Shown: positions 13,551 to 32,959 of the stretch, piece by piece | How the letters are laid out: each line of letters begins with the position of its first letter | Position numbering within the stretch: position 1 is the first letter of the stretch | From: the human T2T-CHM13v2.0 reference genome, Homo sapiens | DNA length: 64,000 nucleotides | Assembly: GCF_009914755.1 (NCBI RefSeq) | Contig: NC_060930.1 | Direction: 5' to 3' (one strand) | Program-made: the position numbers and the translations under genes | Notes under the pieces: generated by a model | What the model saw: the letters and a program-made list of their open reading frames with translations, nothing else | Told to the model about the DNA's origin: nothing | The model's database searches: none

Positions 13551-14329
13551 AGGAAAACAAATGTGTTTACCCTCCTTACAGCTGTTATTGAGGAATCTTC
13601 CATGCATTGTCTCATTGTGAAATCCTAAAAATCACAAGCACATAGTTTTCTTTAGACAAAGCCATTTAGATAAGCTCAGCATATCATGCATTTTCAGTAT
13701 TTCTCAAAGTTTTGCCCTGTGAAATAACTGCAAGTTTGGGTACCCGCATCTGGATGCTTCAGATGAGCTGTCATTCTGCTGATTGACATAACACTTTTTT
13801 ATAAGATTGAGGAAGCAGCAATTGTCCATGTCTGAAAATGAGGACAGGGTGCAGACAGAAAGTGCTGGGGCTAAAGCACCCCTGCAGTGTTATTTCCATG
13901 ATTCAGCTCTAAAGCTTATAAACCTAGGATTCGGTAAGAATAAACATAATGACAAAAAATGAAAGCTGAACATTAACTGCAAGACTAGAATGCACCTAAA
14001 ATGTCAAAATTCCTGGAGAAAAGTGGAACATTACGATTCTGGTTGAGAAATGAAAACATGAAGAAGCATAAGTGATCATCCTAACAACTTTCTCATTAGC
14101 CACAGCTTCACTGGCAGTAACTTTCAGGATATAACTCTGTAGTTTGGCCTTCTCCATAAATACCTATCGCATAATCAACAGACATTTATCTCAAGGTTGG
14201 AAATTACGCTTTTCACCCACTAGAATGGCAAAAGATAAAAATGCAGTAATAACTGGTGACAGGGAGGCTATCAGGAAATGGACATTAAAATGTGCTTGGT
14301 GGGCGTATGAACCGCTTCAACCATTTTTT

Positions 14330-15810
14330 TAAAAAATAACTTTTATTGAGGTATGACTCACTTACAATAAAATGTACCCATTTTAAGTGTGCGTTTTAAT
14401 GAGTTTGACTAATACACCCATAAATCACCTCCACAAACATGTAACATTTCTATCACCCACAAAATGTTCCTTGTACCCCATTCTAGTTAATCCTCCCAAT
14501 TCCTTGAACCCCAGCTCTCCATTATCTGTTTTCTGTCACTATAGATTAAATCTATCTTTTCTATGATTGCATATAAATGAAATCATGTGTATGTATGCTT
14601 TTGTGTCTGGCTTCTTTCACTATCTCACTATCATGTTTTTAAGATTCATTCATGCTGCTTCATGTAACAGCAGCTCATTCTTTCTATTGAGTTGTACAGA
14701 GATGACACAATTTGTTTGTGAACTCACCTGCTGATGGACATTTGGGTTGTGTTCAGTCTTTGGATATTATGAACAAAGCTTCCCCAAACATTCGTGTAGA
14801 AGTTTTCATGTGCATACAGATTTTCATTTCTTTTAAGTAAACACCTAAGAGCGGGTTCGCTGAATCGTATGCAAAGTATATATTTATAAGAAGTTGCTAA
14901 CCATTTTCCACTGTGGTATCTCATTTTACATTCCCACCAGCAATTCTGCTGATGTGTAGTAGCATCCCATTGTAGTTTTAACGTGCATTTCTCTGATGAC
15001 TAATGGTGTTGAGCATGTTTTCACATGCTTATTACCCATTTATATATCTTCTGTGAAACATCAGTTCAATAAGAGTTCTTCATATATTCTGGATGAAAAA
15101 TGTTCTGGATGGTATAGAGAGACAGTATGTTCTCTCAGTTTGTGATTTGTGTTTTTATTCTTCATGTTTTTTGAAGAACAGAAATTTTTTGTTTTGACTA
15201 ATATAATTGTAATTACATTTTTTTCAAATTGTATGGTTTGTGTCCTTTGTTTTCTTTTAAACCCTTTTTTTTTATTTTTACATATAGGATTATGACCACC
15301 TGAAACTGATTTTTGTGTAGTGTGAGATAAGGGTCAAAGTCCCTTTTGCGTTGTTGTTTTCTGTCAGGCTATCTAACTAGCTAGAACCTTTTATTGAAAA
15401 GATGTTCTTTTCCTCCACTGAATTAGTGTTTGTTTTCTTATTCTTGACTTGTATTCTACTTGCAAATGCTATGTTAGTAGTAGTTTTATGTATTAAGAGC
15501 ATTTTCTCTTAGTCTGTCATTTATCTTTTCATTTTCTTCTGTTGAAAAGTAAAAGTTTTACATTTTGTTTTGAAAAGTAAAAATTTTAAATTTTGACAGT
15601 CCAATGTATCAATTTTTTTTATGATTTATGCTTTCAGTGCCCTAGGAAATCTTTGCGTAACCCATGGTCATAAAGATTTTCTCCTCTGCTTTCTTCTAGA
15701 AGTTTTATAGTTTTAATTTTACATTTAGTTCTATCATCCATTTTGAGTTAATTTTGGTATATGTTGTGAAATAAGAGTCAAAGTTCTTTTTTTGTTGTTA
15801 TGTCATTTTT
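14330..15810 (-). mobile_element. Old L1M (L1MB/MC-like) fragments, probably two nested copies
   Basis: ttttattgaggtatgactcacttacaataaaatgtacccattttaagtgt 3' end; gatggacatttgggttgt; the same L1 interval appears at about 15120-15430 and 15490-15800. Confidence 0.8.
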
Positions 15811-15819
15811 TATTAATAG

Positions 15820-16123
<304 letters not shown>

Positions 16124-16129
16124 TAGGCT

Positions 16130-17310
<1,181 letters not shown>

Positions 17311-17459
17311 TATTCTTTTGACTTTTTTAAAGGATAGATTTCCAGTTGTTTCAACATTATTTTTGGAAAGACTCTAATTTCTTCCACTGACACATTTCCC
17401 ATGTTGGCACCTTTGTTGAAAAGCAGTTGACCATCTATGTAGTCACCACATCTTTCTCA

Positions 17460-20030
17460 GGCCATGGATGCTGTTTTTAACCATTTACCCCCCAAAGTGG
17501 GAAGAGGAGTAGCAGGAGACACTCCAGAGGGCCACTTGATGGATACCTGTTTCTTTCTTGTGCCCATTTTGTAACTACAGCCCTGCCTGCTCCTGTGATC
17601 AGAATCAATTACCACTGTGAACGTGGGGACTCCTATTCTTGTCGTCTGATCCCTCAGACCAGTAGACTGATTGCCATGGTGTAAAAGGTAAAGGGATTCT
17701 TTCTGGTCCCCTGATGGAAATGTCCTCCTACTAATAACGAAGATCCCTAGAGCCACACGGCCTAAAGCTTTCGTAATGGAAAGCACAAATTTCCAATGGG
17801 TTCCTGAGAATAGTAAGTGAGCCACTCCTACTTCTACCTGTTGGTTTCTAGACGTTTTATTCAGCATTTCAGGGAAACAGCAGCATATAGTGGTTGTGGA
17901 TTTAGGAGGTACACTAAATCCTGGAATGTCCCTTCACAGTGTCATGTGTAAGTTGGCACAACAGCTATGCCTTCAAGAGTGTTCTATCCTTATATCAGAC
18001 CAGCAGCTTCTGGGTGGTGTGTTATGTGAAAGGACCAGTGGATTCTAGAGTCTTGCACCCACTCTCCCACTTTCTTTGCTCTAAAGTGTGTCCTTTGGTT
18101 TCAAGGGATAGTATGTGAGATCCTGTGGTGTGCAAGTCCTCTGCTGGTGGTACTAGTAGAAACCCTGAGGGTAGAAAGGCAAACTCACACAGGGACTATG
18201 CATAAATCACAGCCCAGATAAATTATTGCTCCTTCCAATGTAATCAATTTCTCACCAAATCGAGGGGTAATATATCAGAGACTTATGAGTCTCTTGCTGG
18301 CAAGCTGGATGTTAGCTGGTAAACTAGCTAGATCAGCCTTGGTGAGTGTGAGACTGCGCTAATGTTCTGATGGATATTTTCCATTCGGCCATCGTGGCTG
18401 CTGTGTCCATGGACCCATCATCCCATTGCCAGAGTGGGCCATCTCGGGGCCTGGCTGAAATCAGCTGGCTTAGTCATTGGGTCTTCATGGCTGCTCAGGG
18501 CATTTTCCATGGTGGGCTCACTCCCGTAGGTCCATCCACACACCTCTTCCAGGACTCTTCTATCTTCCAAACTTTCTCTTTTTAGACCTGGGATCAATAG
18601 CAAATGCATTCGCCACTGCCCAAGAGTCCGTTTATCTTCTTATCTCAGGCCGCTTCTCTTTCACAGCAAGTTGAAAACCAGGCACATTGCCCAAAGATCT
18701 GCCAGCTGGAAGGATTTCCCCTCACCCCTGTTTCAGGGCTACCCCTGAGTGGGGCAAAGCTGTCTCAGCAGTGCATTTTGGGCTTCTGCCCACATGCCAA
18801 GCCAACACACCTCTAATAAAACTCGGGTGTTTCTCTCCTCTATCAGCTGGTGACAAGAACCCTTCCCTCCCCAGACACACATTCCTATGCAGCCACAAGC
18901 ATGAGCAAAGGGCAAAACGTGTGTAATAGCAGAGGAGGATATGGAGGTCTGGGCTACCTACTTGTGCAGCCTACTTACACCGTTTGGCCCTGCTCATTCC
19001 CAGTCCTCAATGCACTACTCTGTCATACTCTGGATTGCAATTGGGCCCACCCAACTTTTAACTTGGTAAGTCTGACAAGTCCTTGCTCATGACGGACAGC
19101 TCTAAACATATGGCCACTTAATGTCTCACGGTCAAATGCTCTGTCTTTACCAGAGGCAAGTAGCACACCAAAAGATGGTCTTCAAATGCTATAGAATTCT
19201 CTCCTATAGAAGGCATGGTTTTGCTCCATAACTCCAAGGTCTACATTGAGATTCTTCTACTGTGGCTTACCAGGAACTCCACATAGTGACTTTCCCACCA
19301 TGAACATCTCTGGTACCATAGTGTCTGCTGCATCAAATGGCCTAAGTGGCAGGGAGGCTTGTACTTCTGTCTGACTTATGCAGAACCCTTTCCTGCTCTG
19401 GGCCTGATTCAGATCTTGAAGCTCTCCAGAGCATTTAGTAAATGGGTCATTCTCACGTGTAAATAGCATTGTCACTTGTGAAGTATGCAGGTTCTAGAAC
19501 AAGAAGAGGTCCACTGAGAATTGTGCTACCTTCTTTATGCTAAGAAGCAACAGATGTAATAACTTGTCCTTTAATTTGATGGGATGTGCTGGCATATCCC
19601 TAAACACATCACTGACATGACGGGCCCCCGAGTCTTCACAGAGTTTACCTCCCACTTTTATGGAGCATACCGAGGCCTCCAATGTACTAGCCACTTCTTG
19701 CTACATAATTAACATAAGGATTAACATAGTATCATCATATGATAATGTAATTGGTATAATGGATTAGTGTGATATTCTACAGGATATCCAGGTGGTGTAT
19801 AATATATCCAGAGAGTTAACACAGCTCTGGGGCATCATTGTGAATATATACTCTTGTCTATCCCATATGAACAAGAGCTGTTTCTCTGCCTTCTGTCTAA
19901 TAGGGGTAGAAAAGAAAGTGTTTAGGAAATAAATGGCCACATACCATGGACCTGAGGTGGTGTGAATCTGCTCTTGTAAATAAAACACATCTGGCATTGC
20001 AGCTGCAATTGGAGCATGAAGAGAGGGAGT
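17460..20030 (-). mobile_element. Decayed ERV-L internal pol (RT, RNase H, integrase, dUTPase)
   Basis: PIAAAMPDV...GPWYVAIYFLNTFFSTPI...QEYIFTMMPQSCVNS resembles ERV-L RT; SRNQQVEVGVA...PSGD...VIDSDH resembles the ERV-L IN-dUTPase junction; many stops and frameshifts. Confidence 0.85.
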
Positions 20031-20569
20031 GTGTGAGAAGACGAGACTGGACATGTAGGTTAGTTGCAAGTTGCTAATGGAACTGAAGGGCTCACTATGG
20101 GATTAAACTTGATCCTGAACACAATGGGGAGACCTTACAGGTTTGGAAGCCATGTGTTCTATTCTCTCACTAGCTTCGAACAGAAAACAGTGTTTTCTAA
20201 CATTTTAAGAGCGAAGGGGCTACTGTGTGCTGAAATGGGCTGTCCAGATCCTAACTTCGGGACTGAAACACGCATTCTCATGGCTGCCAGAAGTGTTGGC
20301 TGCTGAAGTCTCATAGCTTGGTCCCAACCACCAGGATTTTCATATTTCCAACTCTTTGCACTTGGTATTCTTTCTCTGGAATATCTCCTCTACTTCTGAT
20401 GCCTGAAGAAATTCTAGTCATCCTGCAAGACTTCCCTAGGTGTCTCTTCTCATCCCAGGTAGGATTAACTGCTTCTTTCTGTGTTTCTAGAGCATTTTGT
20501 TCATTGTATGAGTTTAGAACTGAAAGAATTCTGTGTATCATATCCTGGCCATCCATTTCATTGGCTCCC

Positions 20570-20690
20570 TAACTGGGCTGTGCATTTCTTGATGTTCAGG
20601 CCACGTCTCATTTATCTTCATGTCACCAGAGGTTTGCACGGAGCCTAACAGAGGCAGGCATTCAACAAATGATTACTGAATTAAATTTTT
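20570..20690 (+). mobile_element. L2 3' end
   Basis: gcacggagcctaacagaggcaggcattcaacaaatgattactgaattaaa. Confidence 0.6.
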
Positions 20691-20953
20691 TATTTAATTG
20701 AATCTTATTATGCTGTAAAGAAAGGGAAACAAACCCAGGCTGAGATGCACACATTTATTCTCCCATAAAACATGTTTTTGCTGTCACCAAACATGGGGCT
20801 CAAACAACTAGATCAGCTGGTATGATTTGCCATTCTGAATTTGTAAAGTAAAACTGTCACAAACCTAAATCTTTTCGTCTTCCTTTTATCTGAATTGGAA
20901 CTATTTAACCAGGAATACAAATGACCCTAATACCTTTACAAGCTGTTGAAGAG

Positions 20954-20957
20954 TGTC

Positions 20958-20996
<39 letters not shown>
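20954..20996. repeat. (TG)n microsatellite
   Basis: Perfect TG run of about 14 units. Confidence 0.95.
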
Positions 20997-20997
<1 letters not shown>

Positions 20998-22469
20998 GAT
21001 GTGAGTTTGTGTTTGGAAACTCTCACTCTTTGATTCATTCATCTTTTGTTTTTGTCTTCAAAGCATTAATTTAATAACAACTAAAGCAACCAGATAGTGC
21101 TGAGGGCATAGATGCTTTTGTTTCTATAGTCTCAAAATTACAACCTGTTTTTTATTTTATAAATAGATTGAGGGCATACAAGTGCACTTTTGTTACATGG
21201 ATATACTGTGTAGTGGCGAGAGATCTGGGCTTTTAGTTTAGCCATCATCAGAATAGTGTACATTGTACCCTATAGGTAATTTCTCATCCTTCACCCCTCC
21301 CACCTTCTTATCTTTAGGAGTCTATAATTCCACTCTGTATGTCCGTGTGTATACACTGTCTAGCTCCCACTTATAAGTGAGAACATGCAGTATTTGGCTT
21401 TCTATTCTGCATTGTCACTTAAGATAATGGCCTCCAGTTCCGTCCATGTTGCTACAAAAGACATAATTTCATTATTTTCTATGGATGAGTAGTATTCTAT
21501 GGTATACATGTACCATATTTTCTTTATCCAATCATCTGTTGATGGATATTTAGGTTGATTTCATGACTTTGCTGTTGTGAATGGTGCTGAGATAAACACA
21601 TGAGTGCAGGTGTCTTTTTTACATAATGATTTATTTTCCTTTGTGTAGATACCTAGTAGTGAGATTGCTGGATCAAATTACAGTTCTATTTCTAGTTCTT
21701 TGAAGAGTCTCCTTGCTGTTTTCCATAAGGTTGTACTCATTTGCATTACTGTATAGGTGGCCCTTTTTCTCCACATCCTCGCCAATATCTGTTGTTTTTT
21801 GCCTTTCTAATCACCCCTGACTGGTATAAAATGATATCTCACTGTGGTCTTAATTTTCATTTCTCTGATCACTAGTGATGTTAGACATTTTCTCATATGT
21901 ATGTTGGCTGCTTGTATGTCCTCTAAAAATGTCTGTTCATGTCCTTTGCCAACTTTTTAATGGGGTTACTTATTTATTTATTTTTCTTGTTGAGTTGTTT
22001 TGAGTTCTTTGTAGATTTTAGATACTAGTCTTTTGTCAGATGCATAGTTTACAAATATTTTATCCCATTCTTCATGTTGTCTGTTCGCTCTGTTGATTAT
22101 TTCTTTTGCTGTGTAGAAGCTTTTTAGTTTAAGTCCCATTTGTCCATTTTTTGTTTTGTTGCATTTGTTTTTGAGGTCTTAGTCATAAGTTCTTTGCCTA
22201 GGCCAATGTTCTTCTTGAGTTGACTTTTGTATATCATGAGATATGTGGGTCCCATTTCATCTTCTGCACATGGTTATCCAATTTTCCCAGCACCATTTAT
22301 TGAATAAAGTGTCCTTTCCCTAGTGTATATTTTTGTTGACTTTGTTGAAGATCAGTTGGTTGTAGGTATGGAGCTTTATCTCTGTATTCTCTATTCTGCT
22401 CCATTGATCTATGTGTCTATTTTTGTACCAGTACCATGCTATTTTGGTTACTGTAGCCTTGTAAAATAA

Positions 22470-24914
<2,445 letters not shown>

Positions 24915-27179
24915 TTATTATTTCATATAAATTTTAGAATTTTTTTTCTAATTCTGTGAAAAGTGATGTTGGTAATTTGATAGGAATTGCATTGTATCTG
25001 TAGGTTGCTTTAAGCAGTATGATCATTTTAACAATATTGATTTTTCCAATTCTTGAGCATGGGATGTTTTTCTATTTGTTTGTGTCATCTACGATTTCTT
25101 TCATCATTGTTTTGTAGTTCTTGTGGAGATCTTTCACCTCCTTGGTTAAATGTATTCCTAAGGTTTTTTTAAAAGCTATTGTAAATGGAATTGAGTTCTT
25201 GATTTGGTTCTCAGCTTGATTGTTATTAGTGTATAGAAATGCTACTGATTTTTGCACATTGATTTTGTATCCTGGAACTTTACTGAAGTCATTTATCAAA
25301 CTTAGGAGTCTTTTGTAGGAGTCTTTAGGATTTTCTAGGCATAAATAAGATCACATCATTAGCAAACAAAGATAACTTAATTTCCTTTGTTTCAATTTAG
25401 GTGCCTTTTACTTCTTTCTCTTGCTTGATTGCTCTAGCTGGGACTTCTACTACTATGCTGAATAGGAGTGGTGAAAATGGGCATCCTTGTCTTGCTCTGG
25501 TTCTTAGGGGGAATGTTTTCAACTTTTCCCCATTCAGTATGATGTTGGCTATGGGTTTGCTGTATATGGCTTTTATTATTATGAGGTGTGTTCCTTCCAT
25601 GCCTAGCTCATTGAGGGTTTTTATCATGAAGGGATGCGGAATTTTATCAAGTGTTTTTTATGCATCTATTAGATGAATACATGGTTTTTGGTTTTAATTC
25701 AGTTTATGTGGTGAGTCGCAATGACTGATTTTGCATGTGTTGAACTATCCTCGCATCCCTTGAATAAAACCCACTTTATCATGGTGTATTATCTTTTTGA
25801 TGTGCTGTTGGATTCAGTTTGTAATATTTTGTTGAGAGTTTTTGCATCTATGTTCATCAGAGATATTGGTCTGTAGTTTTCTTTTTTTGCTGTGTGCTTG
25901 CTTAGCTATGGTATCATGGTGATGCTGGCTTTGTAGAATGAGTTAATGAGGACTCCCTCCTTCTCGATTTTTGGAACAGCTTCAGTAAGATTGATACCAG
26001 TTCTTCTTTGTATGTCTGGTAGAATTTGGCTGTGAATCTGTCTGGTTCTGGGCATTTTTTTGTTGGGAGATCTTATTCATTACTGATTCAATCTCACTAT
26101 TCATTACTGGTCTGTTTAGGATTTCTGTTTCTTCCTGGTACAATCTTGGGAGGTTGCAGGTTTCCAGGAATCTATCCAATTCCTCTGGGTTTTCTGGTTT
26201 GTGAGCACAGAGATGTTCATAGTAGTCTCTGATAGTCTTATGTATTTCTGTGGCATCAGTTGTAATGTCTTCTTTTTCATTTCTGACTGTGCTTATTTGA
26301 GTCTTCTCTCTTTTTTTCCTGGTTAATCTAGCTAGCAGTCTATTAATTTTATCTTTTCAAATAACCAACTTTTTATTTCACTGATTTTTTAATATTGTTT
26401 TTTGTCTCAATTTTATTTAGTTCTACTCTAATCTTTGTTATTTCTTTTCTTCTGGTAGCTTTAGCCATGGTTTGTTCTTGTTTTTTCAGTTTGTTGAGGT
26501 GTGGCATACAGAACCTTCTACCTAACAACCACTGAATATACATTTTCTCATCAGCATATGGAACATTTTTCAAATAGGCCATGTTAGACCACAAAACAAG
26601 TTTCAATAAATTTTAACAAATCAAAATCATATCAAGTATCTTCTCAGACCTCAGTGGAATAAAACTAGAAATCAATACCAGGAGGAAAGCTCAAAACTAT
26701 GCAAAGACATGGAAATTAAACAACCTGCTCCTGAATGATCTTTGGGTCAATGATGAAATTAAGATGAAAATTAAAAATTTATTTGAAACAAGTGAAAAGA
26801 GAGACATAACATACCAAAACCTCTGGAGATACCAAAAGCAGTGTTAAGAGGGAAGTTTACAGCCTACCTCAAAAAGAAAGATCACATATTTATGACCCGA
26901 TTTTTAGTTTTACACGAACTCCAATTCTTTTAAAATTTTGATTACAGTATAAACTATTTATTTCCATGAAGGATTGTGAGTTTGACATGTGTTTACACCT
27001 TTTCAGGTACAAATATTCAGTGGAAGGATTCCTAATACAAAGTTCTCAGCACTTAACAACACCCTCCCACCATGTTTTTAAAATGTGAACCAGATTAACA
27101 TACATACATCATTTGCCTGTGTCTGCATTATGGACCAAGTGTGTGCGTTTTAGGCAATAAACAACACATTTAAACAAGC

Positions 27180-27690
27180 TAGAATACTGCACACCATATG
27201 AGTTAGACCCAACTCACCACTAACTTTAAAATCTTAAATCATAGTGTCTTAAACATATAGAAGAGCATAGAGTGCACTCTCTGTCATGCAAAAGTCTGGG
27301 TGTAGAGCAGTCAAGAGCTTTCACGGCAGCTCCATGATTATCTGAGCCCAGGTGAATCCAGCTTTCTGTTAACCAACCCGAGAGTCTGGTCCTCATTCTC
27401 ATGGTGCTCCATCATATCTACATTACAATACTGAATGGATAAAGGGGAGGAGAGTGGGCCTCCATCCTCCCCATCCCCCTTTAGAGACCTGTCCTGGAAC
27501 TTGTATACATCACTTTCTCTTATACTGCATAGGCCAGAACCTAGTTCTGTGACTACAAACAGCTGCAAATGAGACTGGGAAATACAGTTTATTTTTAGAA
27601 TGGCCACGTGCCCAGCTAAGTATTGATGATCCTGTTACTGAAGCAAAAGGAGAAAATACACATTGGGGACCACTGATATCTCTGCCACAT
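27180..27690 (-). mobile_element. Old MLT1 (J/K-like) LTR
   Basis: ggccagaacctagttctgtgactacaaacagctgcaaatgagactgggaaatacagttt...tctctgccaca. Confidence 0.65.
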
Positions 27691-28389
27691 GCACACCTAA
27701 CGAAGAGAAAACACAATGTTCAGATGACATTTTGCAAAATAATAAGTTGGAGGATTCCAGCTTTGGGGAAGCTCTCTTTGTTTGTCTTCATTCCTTCCAC
27801 TTGCCCTAGTAAACCTCCTGCTCCATTTCCTGTTTTCGTGTCTGAAGCTATGTGTTCTTCGGAGCCTCTATAGCTTGGCAGGCTCACTACACAGAGAGCC
27901 TCCACGCTGGCTTTGCTTATTCAGGAATGTAGCTAATTTATACTCCATTAGCTCAACTCTGAGCATTGGACTCATTTGGCAACAATAATTATTCATAAAT
28001 AATCATTAACCTTTTCTTACATGTTTTGTTTTGCATTTTGTTTGCTAAAGTTAAAACACTGGTTTTCTGAGGTCTTAGAAAAATAACTCCAGCAAGTTGA
28101 GAAAAAGAATGAGGGCCATAAGGTGGGAGTGGGAAATTGAAGTTAAAAACTACTTAGCTGGTTCTCTTGGAGTTGCTTCAACTACCCAGAGTAGTGGAAT
28201 TTTCTATCTGTTTCTCTTTCAACCTGGAATATCTGTGACTTTCATAAACCACATCAATGCTAAAATATTTTTAAGGGGAAGACTGCTATAAGCTTGACAT
28301 TATTCTTGTTGCTGCAAGATATACAAAAATGTGTATATATCCTTGACTTCAGTGGATAATCTACTCAAAGGAATTAGACAAGGATATGA

Positions 28390-28570
28390 ATTTAGTTAGG
28401 ACAAAATAGGCTATGCTGCAGTAACAAATAAATTGTGGAATTGCAGTGATTTAACACAAGAAATTTACATTGCTTACTCATCTTTCAGTCTGAGGCAGGT
28501 CTGACTGCCTTATAGGACAGTCTTATAGGACTGCTATCTGGAACTCAGGTCCTTCAAATTTGCCATGAAA
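28390..28570 (-). mobile_element. Old MLT1 LTR fragment
   Basis: agttaggacaaaataggctatgctgcagtaacaaata...gtgatttaacacaaga. Confidence 0.55.
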
Positions 28571-28599
28571 GGATGGAGAGGACTACTGCTTACAGCATT

Positions 28600-28777
28600 C
28601 AGCACATTAACATGTTGTACAGGTCTGCAGCCTGGGTGCAATGTCTATACCCTACAGCCTAGGTGTGTAGTAGGCTATGCCAGCTAGGTTTGTGTAAGCA
28701 CGCTCTGATGTTCGCACCTTGATGAAGTAGCCTGATGATGCAGAATGTATCCCCATTGTTAAGCAACACATGACTAT
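28600..28777 (+). mobile_element. Tigger3-like DNA transposon end
   Basis: agcctaggtgtgtagtaggctat...ctaggtttgtgtaag...tatccccattgttaagcaacacatgact. Confidence 0.8.
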
Positions 28778-28900
28778 ACCTAAATTATATTAGCTTTCAA
28801 TATTATTTCAAAGACTTTACCTTTTTATCAGTCCAATATACCCTTCTTTTATACTTTCTCTAAATTTTCTATGGCATCCTTCTTAAAATGTCAGAATCTA

Positions 28901-29380
28901 TGCATGGCTATTTCACTTAACATAAGACCTCCAGCTCTATCCAATTTCCTGCAAATGATGGGATTTCATTCTTTATTCGACAAATACTGCATGTTCTCAC
29001 TCACATGTGAGTGAGGACTCAAAGTTGATCTCAAGGAGGTAGAGAGTAGAATGGGGGTTACCAGAAGCTGGAAAGGGTGAGGAGTGGTATGAAGAGAAGC
29101 CAGTGAATGGTATAAACATAGAGTTAGATGGAAAGAATCAGTTCTAGTGTACAATAACATAGTAGGGTGACTACAGCTACAGTTAACAACAACATATTGT
29201 ATATTTCAAAATAGCTAGAAGAGAAGATTTGAAATCTTCCCAACACAAAGAAATGATACATGTTGGAGGTGATGGATACCCTAAATATCTTGATTTGATC
29301 ATTGCACATTGTATGCATATATCAAGATATCACATGTACTCCATAAATGTATATAATTATTATGTTACAACAAAAAATTT
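28901..29380 (+). mobile_element. Short L1MA-like 3' fragment with 5' inversion
   Basis: 28901-28977 antisense, 28979-29380 sense 3'UTR; TSD aatgtcagaatcta / aatgtaagattcta. Confidence 0.85.
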
Positions 29381-29838
29381 TAATGTAAGATTCTAAACAA
29401 TAAGAAACTGACCAGGAGTGGGAATAAAAGGAAAACTGGCTGGACCAACTGGTGTGGGGGGCAGGGGTCAGATCTATCTGGTTCGGTGCTAAATACTATG
29501 GCTTTCTCCACACCTGATGGTAGGAGATCAATAAAATAAGCAACACCCTGCTCCACCATCCTTCATCCCAACCTATCAGTTGTTGCTATCATCAGTTCAA
29601 AGGAGTAGATGATACTTTGATGAAAGATGACATATCATTGCCTATGGCAGCATTGAAAGTGGTGACCACAGGAAAGAATTTTATCAGAAAGTCTGGATCG
29701 GAAGAATATTATCACACCTGCAATAATTGGAGAGTTTAATCATTTAAGAGCCAAAGCAGGGCTAGGAAAACAATGTAGGGATAAAAAGAAAGGGAGAAAG
29801 TCAGAAAAGAAAAACGACAACATTAAAAACACAAAATA

Positions 29839-30440
<602 letters not shown>

Positions 30441-31116
30441 ACACTAGTTTTTGCCTGGTGACTATATGTCTAGGTGCACTCACATTTGGAATGGCAGCAA
30501 TTTATCAGGGAGAATTACGCGTTAACTTAGTACTGCTCACAGATGTTTCTTGGACATAACCATCACTAGAAAATATTTTGAAAGTTTATAAGTAAGCAGA
30601 ACACACGATGTTATGAGATAGACAAGCTAGCCTGCTGACATGACCAGTGTTCTCAGGGCTTTACATTTAGTGATTTAAATCATTGACCCGCTTTAACTCC
30701 ACCAAGCTCCTGAAGGTCTTCAGAGCATGAGGCCACACAAAATCATGTTCATTAATGAGTGCTTACAAGAGGAAAGCAACTAGGAGAAATCAGAGGATCT
30801 TGAGAGCCAACTGACACTTCCTGGCTCTGAATGGTGAAGCTCCCATTTGGGCCAATGATAGAAAACGAAGGGCTACGGACTCATTTATGAGCCAAATCAA
30901 TCCCCCAAAAACGTCGTGGGAATAAAATACCAGGAGACTTGCAAACCCTCTTTTTAAAAATCCAAGATAAGGAGCCGTGGTCCTGGCTGGGCCATGGGCT
31001 GCAAAGTCACAGCTAAGACACAACGAGGGACCATCCTTCACATCAAGTGGCAAGAAGCCAAATATCATTCCTGATCCCAAAGGGAATCCTTGAGATCAGA
31101 AAAGAGTGCTACTTTC

Positions 31117-31409
<293 letters not shown>

Positions 31410-31495
31410 CTACCTTCTACTTTCTTTGATTTCTCAGTCAGGGTTATCTTTGTATTATTGTATTATAAAAGAGAATTATGCAGGTTTGGGGGAGG

Positions 31496-31730
31496 GTGAT
31501 ATTAGTTTTATGTCAACTCAGCTAGGTTACGGCACCCACTTATTCAATCAATCACTAATCTAGGAGTTGCTTTGTAGATGTGGTTAACACGTACAATCAG
31601 TTGACTTTAAGTAAAGGTGATTACCCTTGATAATGTGTGTGGGCCTCATCCAATCAGTTGAAGGCCTTCAGAGCAAAACTGAGGTGTCCTTGATGAAGAA
31701 GTAATCCACCTGTGGGACTACAGCATCAAG
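31496..31730 (+). mobile_element. MLT2D-like ERVL LTR 5' part
   Basis: ttttatgtcaactcagctagg...aatcagttgactttaagtaaagg...gggcctcatccaatcagttgaaggcctt. Confidence 0.8.
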
Positions 31731-32069
31731 TCGTGACCAAAACCAAATGCTCCAAAACAAAACCATGCACTCCTGTGATGACTCAGAAAGTTCTGCTCTG
31801 ATCACTTCAGTTACATGACCTGGTCTGGTGTGATCCTGGCAAATTTCTAAAATACATGGAGTCTTTGTTTCCTTATCCATAATTTTTTAAAAATACGGTG
31901 ACTATTAGGTGAAATAATTTAAAATATGTAGTAAATAAAAGTAGCACTTGACAAGTATAATAAATAAAATTTCCTTTCCCTTCCCCCTCTAAATTGTTTC
32001 TCCCAAAGAAAGGGCTTCAACTCTTTTGCTTTCTAATGATCTTGTGTCAAAATTGAGCCACTAAAATAG

Positions 32070-32467
<398 letters not shown>

Positions 32468-32959
32468 TGTTCATTTGTTTTGAGGTCTTTCTTTGGTACA
32501 CAACACTTGAGATTAATAAATCAGAGGAATTCAGAAGAAGCCACCGCCCCAGGCATCTCCTCCCATAATTAATAACAAAATCAGGCCTTCGTTGCTCACA
32601 GACATACATATGTGAGCACCAAAGTCCAGCTTGTTTATTCTGCCTTGCTGATCTGAACACATTTCTATTAGAAAAGATAATTCTTTTCAAATACACAGTT
32701 TCAGCATAACACTGCCAAAGATACAGAAATCTCTGTTACCTGTCAGCTTTGCAATTTTCTCCCCTGTCCTCCCTTGCTTTGTTTCTGAGCCCCAGTCCTG
32801 CCTTTGGCCCCATCCTACCAAACTCTCCTAGTTTTTCCCCACATAAATTTTCTGCTCTACTTAGTTCCACCTCATGAACAAGTGTTAGTCCTGCCTCCCT
32901 CCAAATCCCAGGTGGAAAGCCAGAGGTCATGAGGTCCATACACGGCCTTAACGTCTGTT

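Noticed and set aside
31496-31730. MLT2 LTR as the LTR of the ERV-L at 17460-20030
   Set aside because: Opposite orientation and 11 kb away with unrelated sequence between
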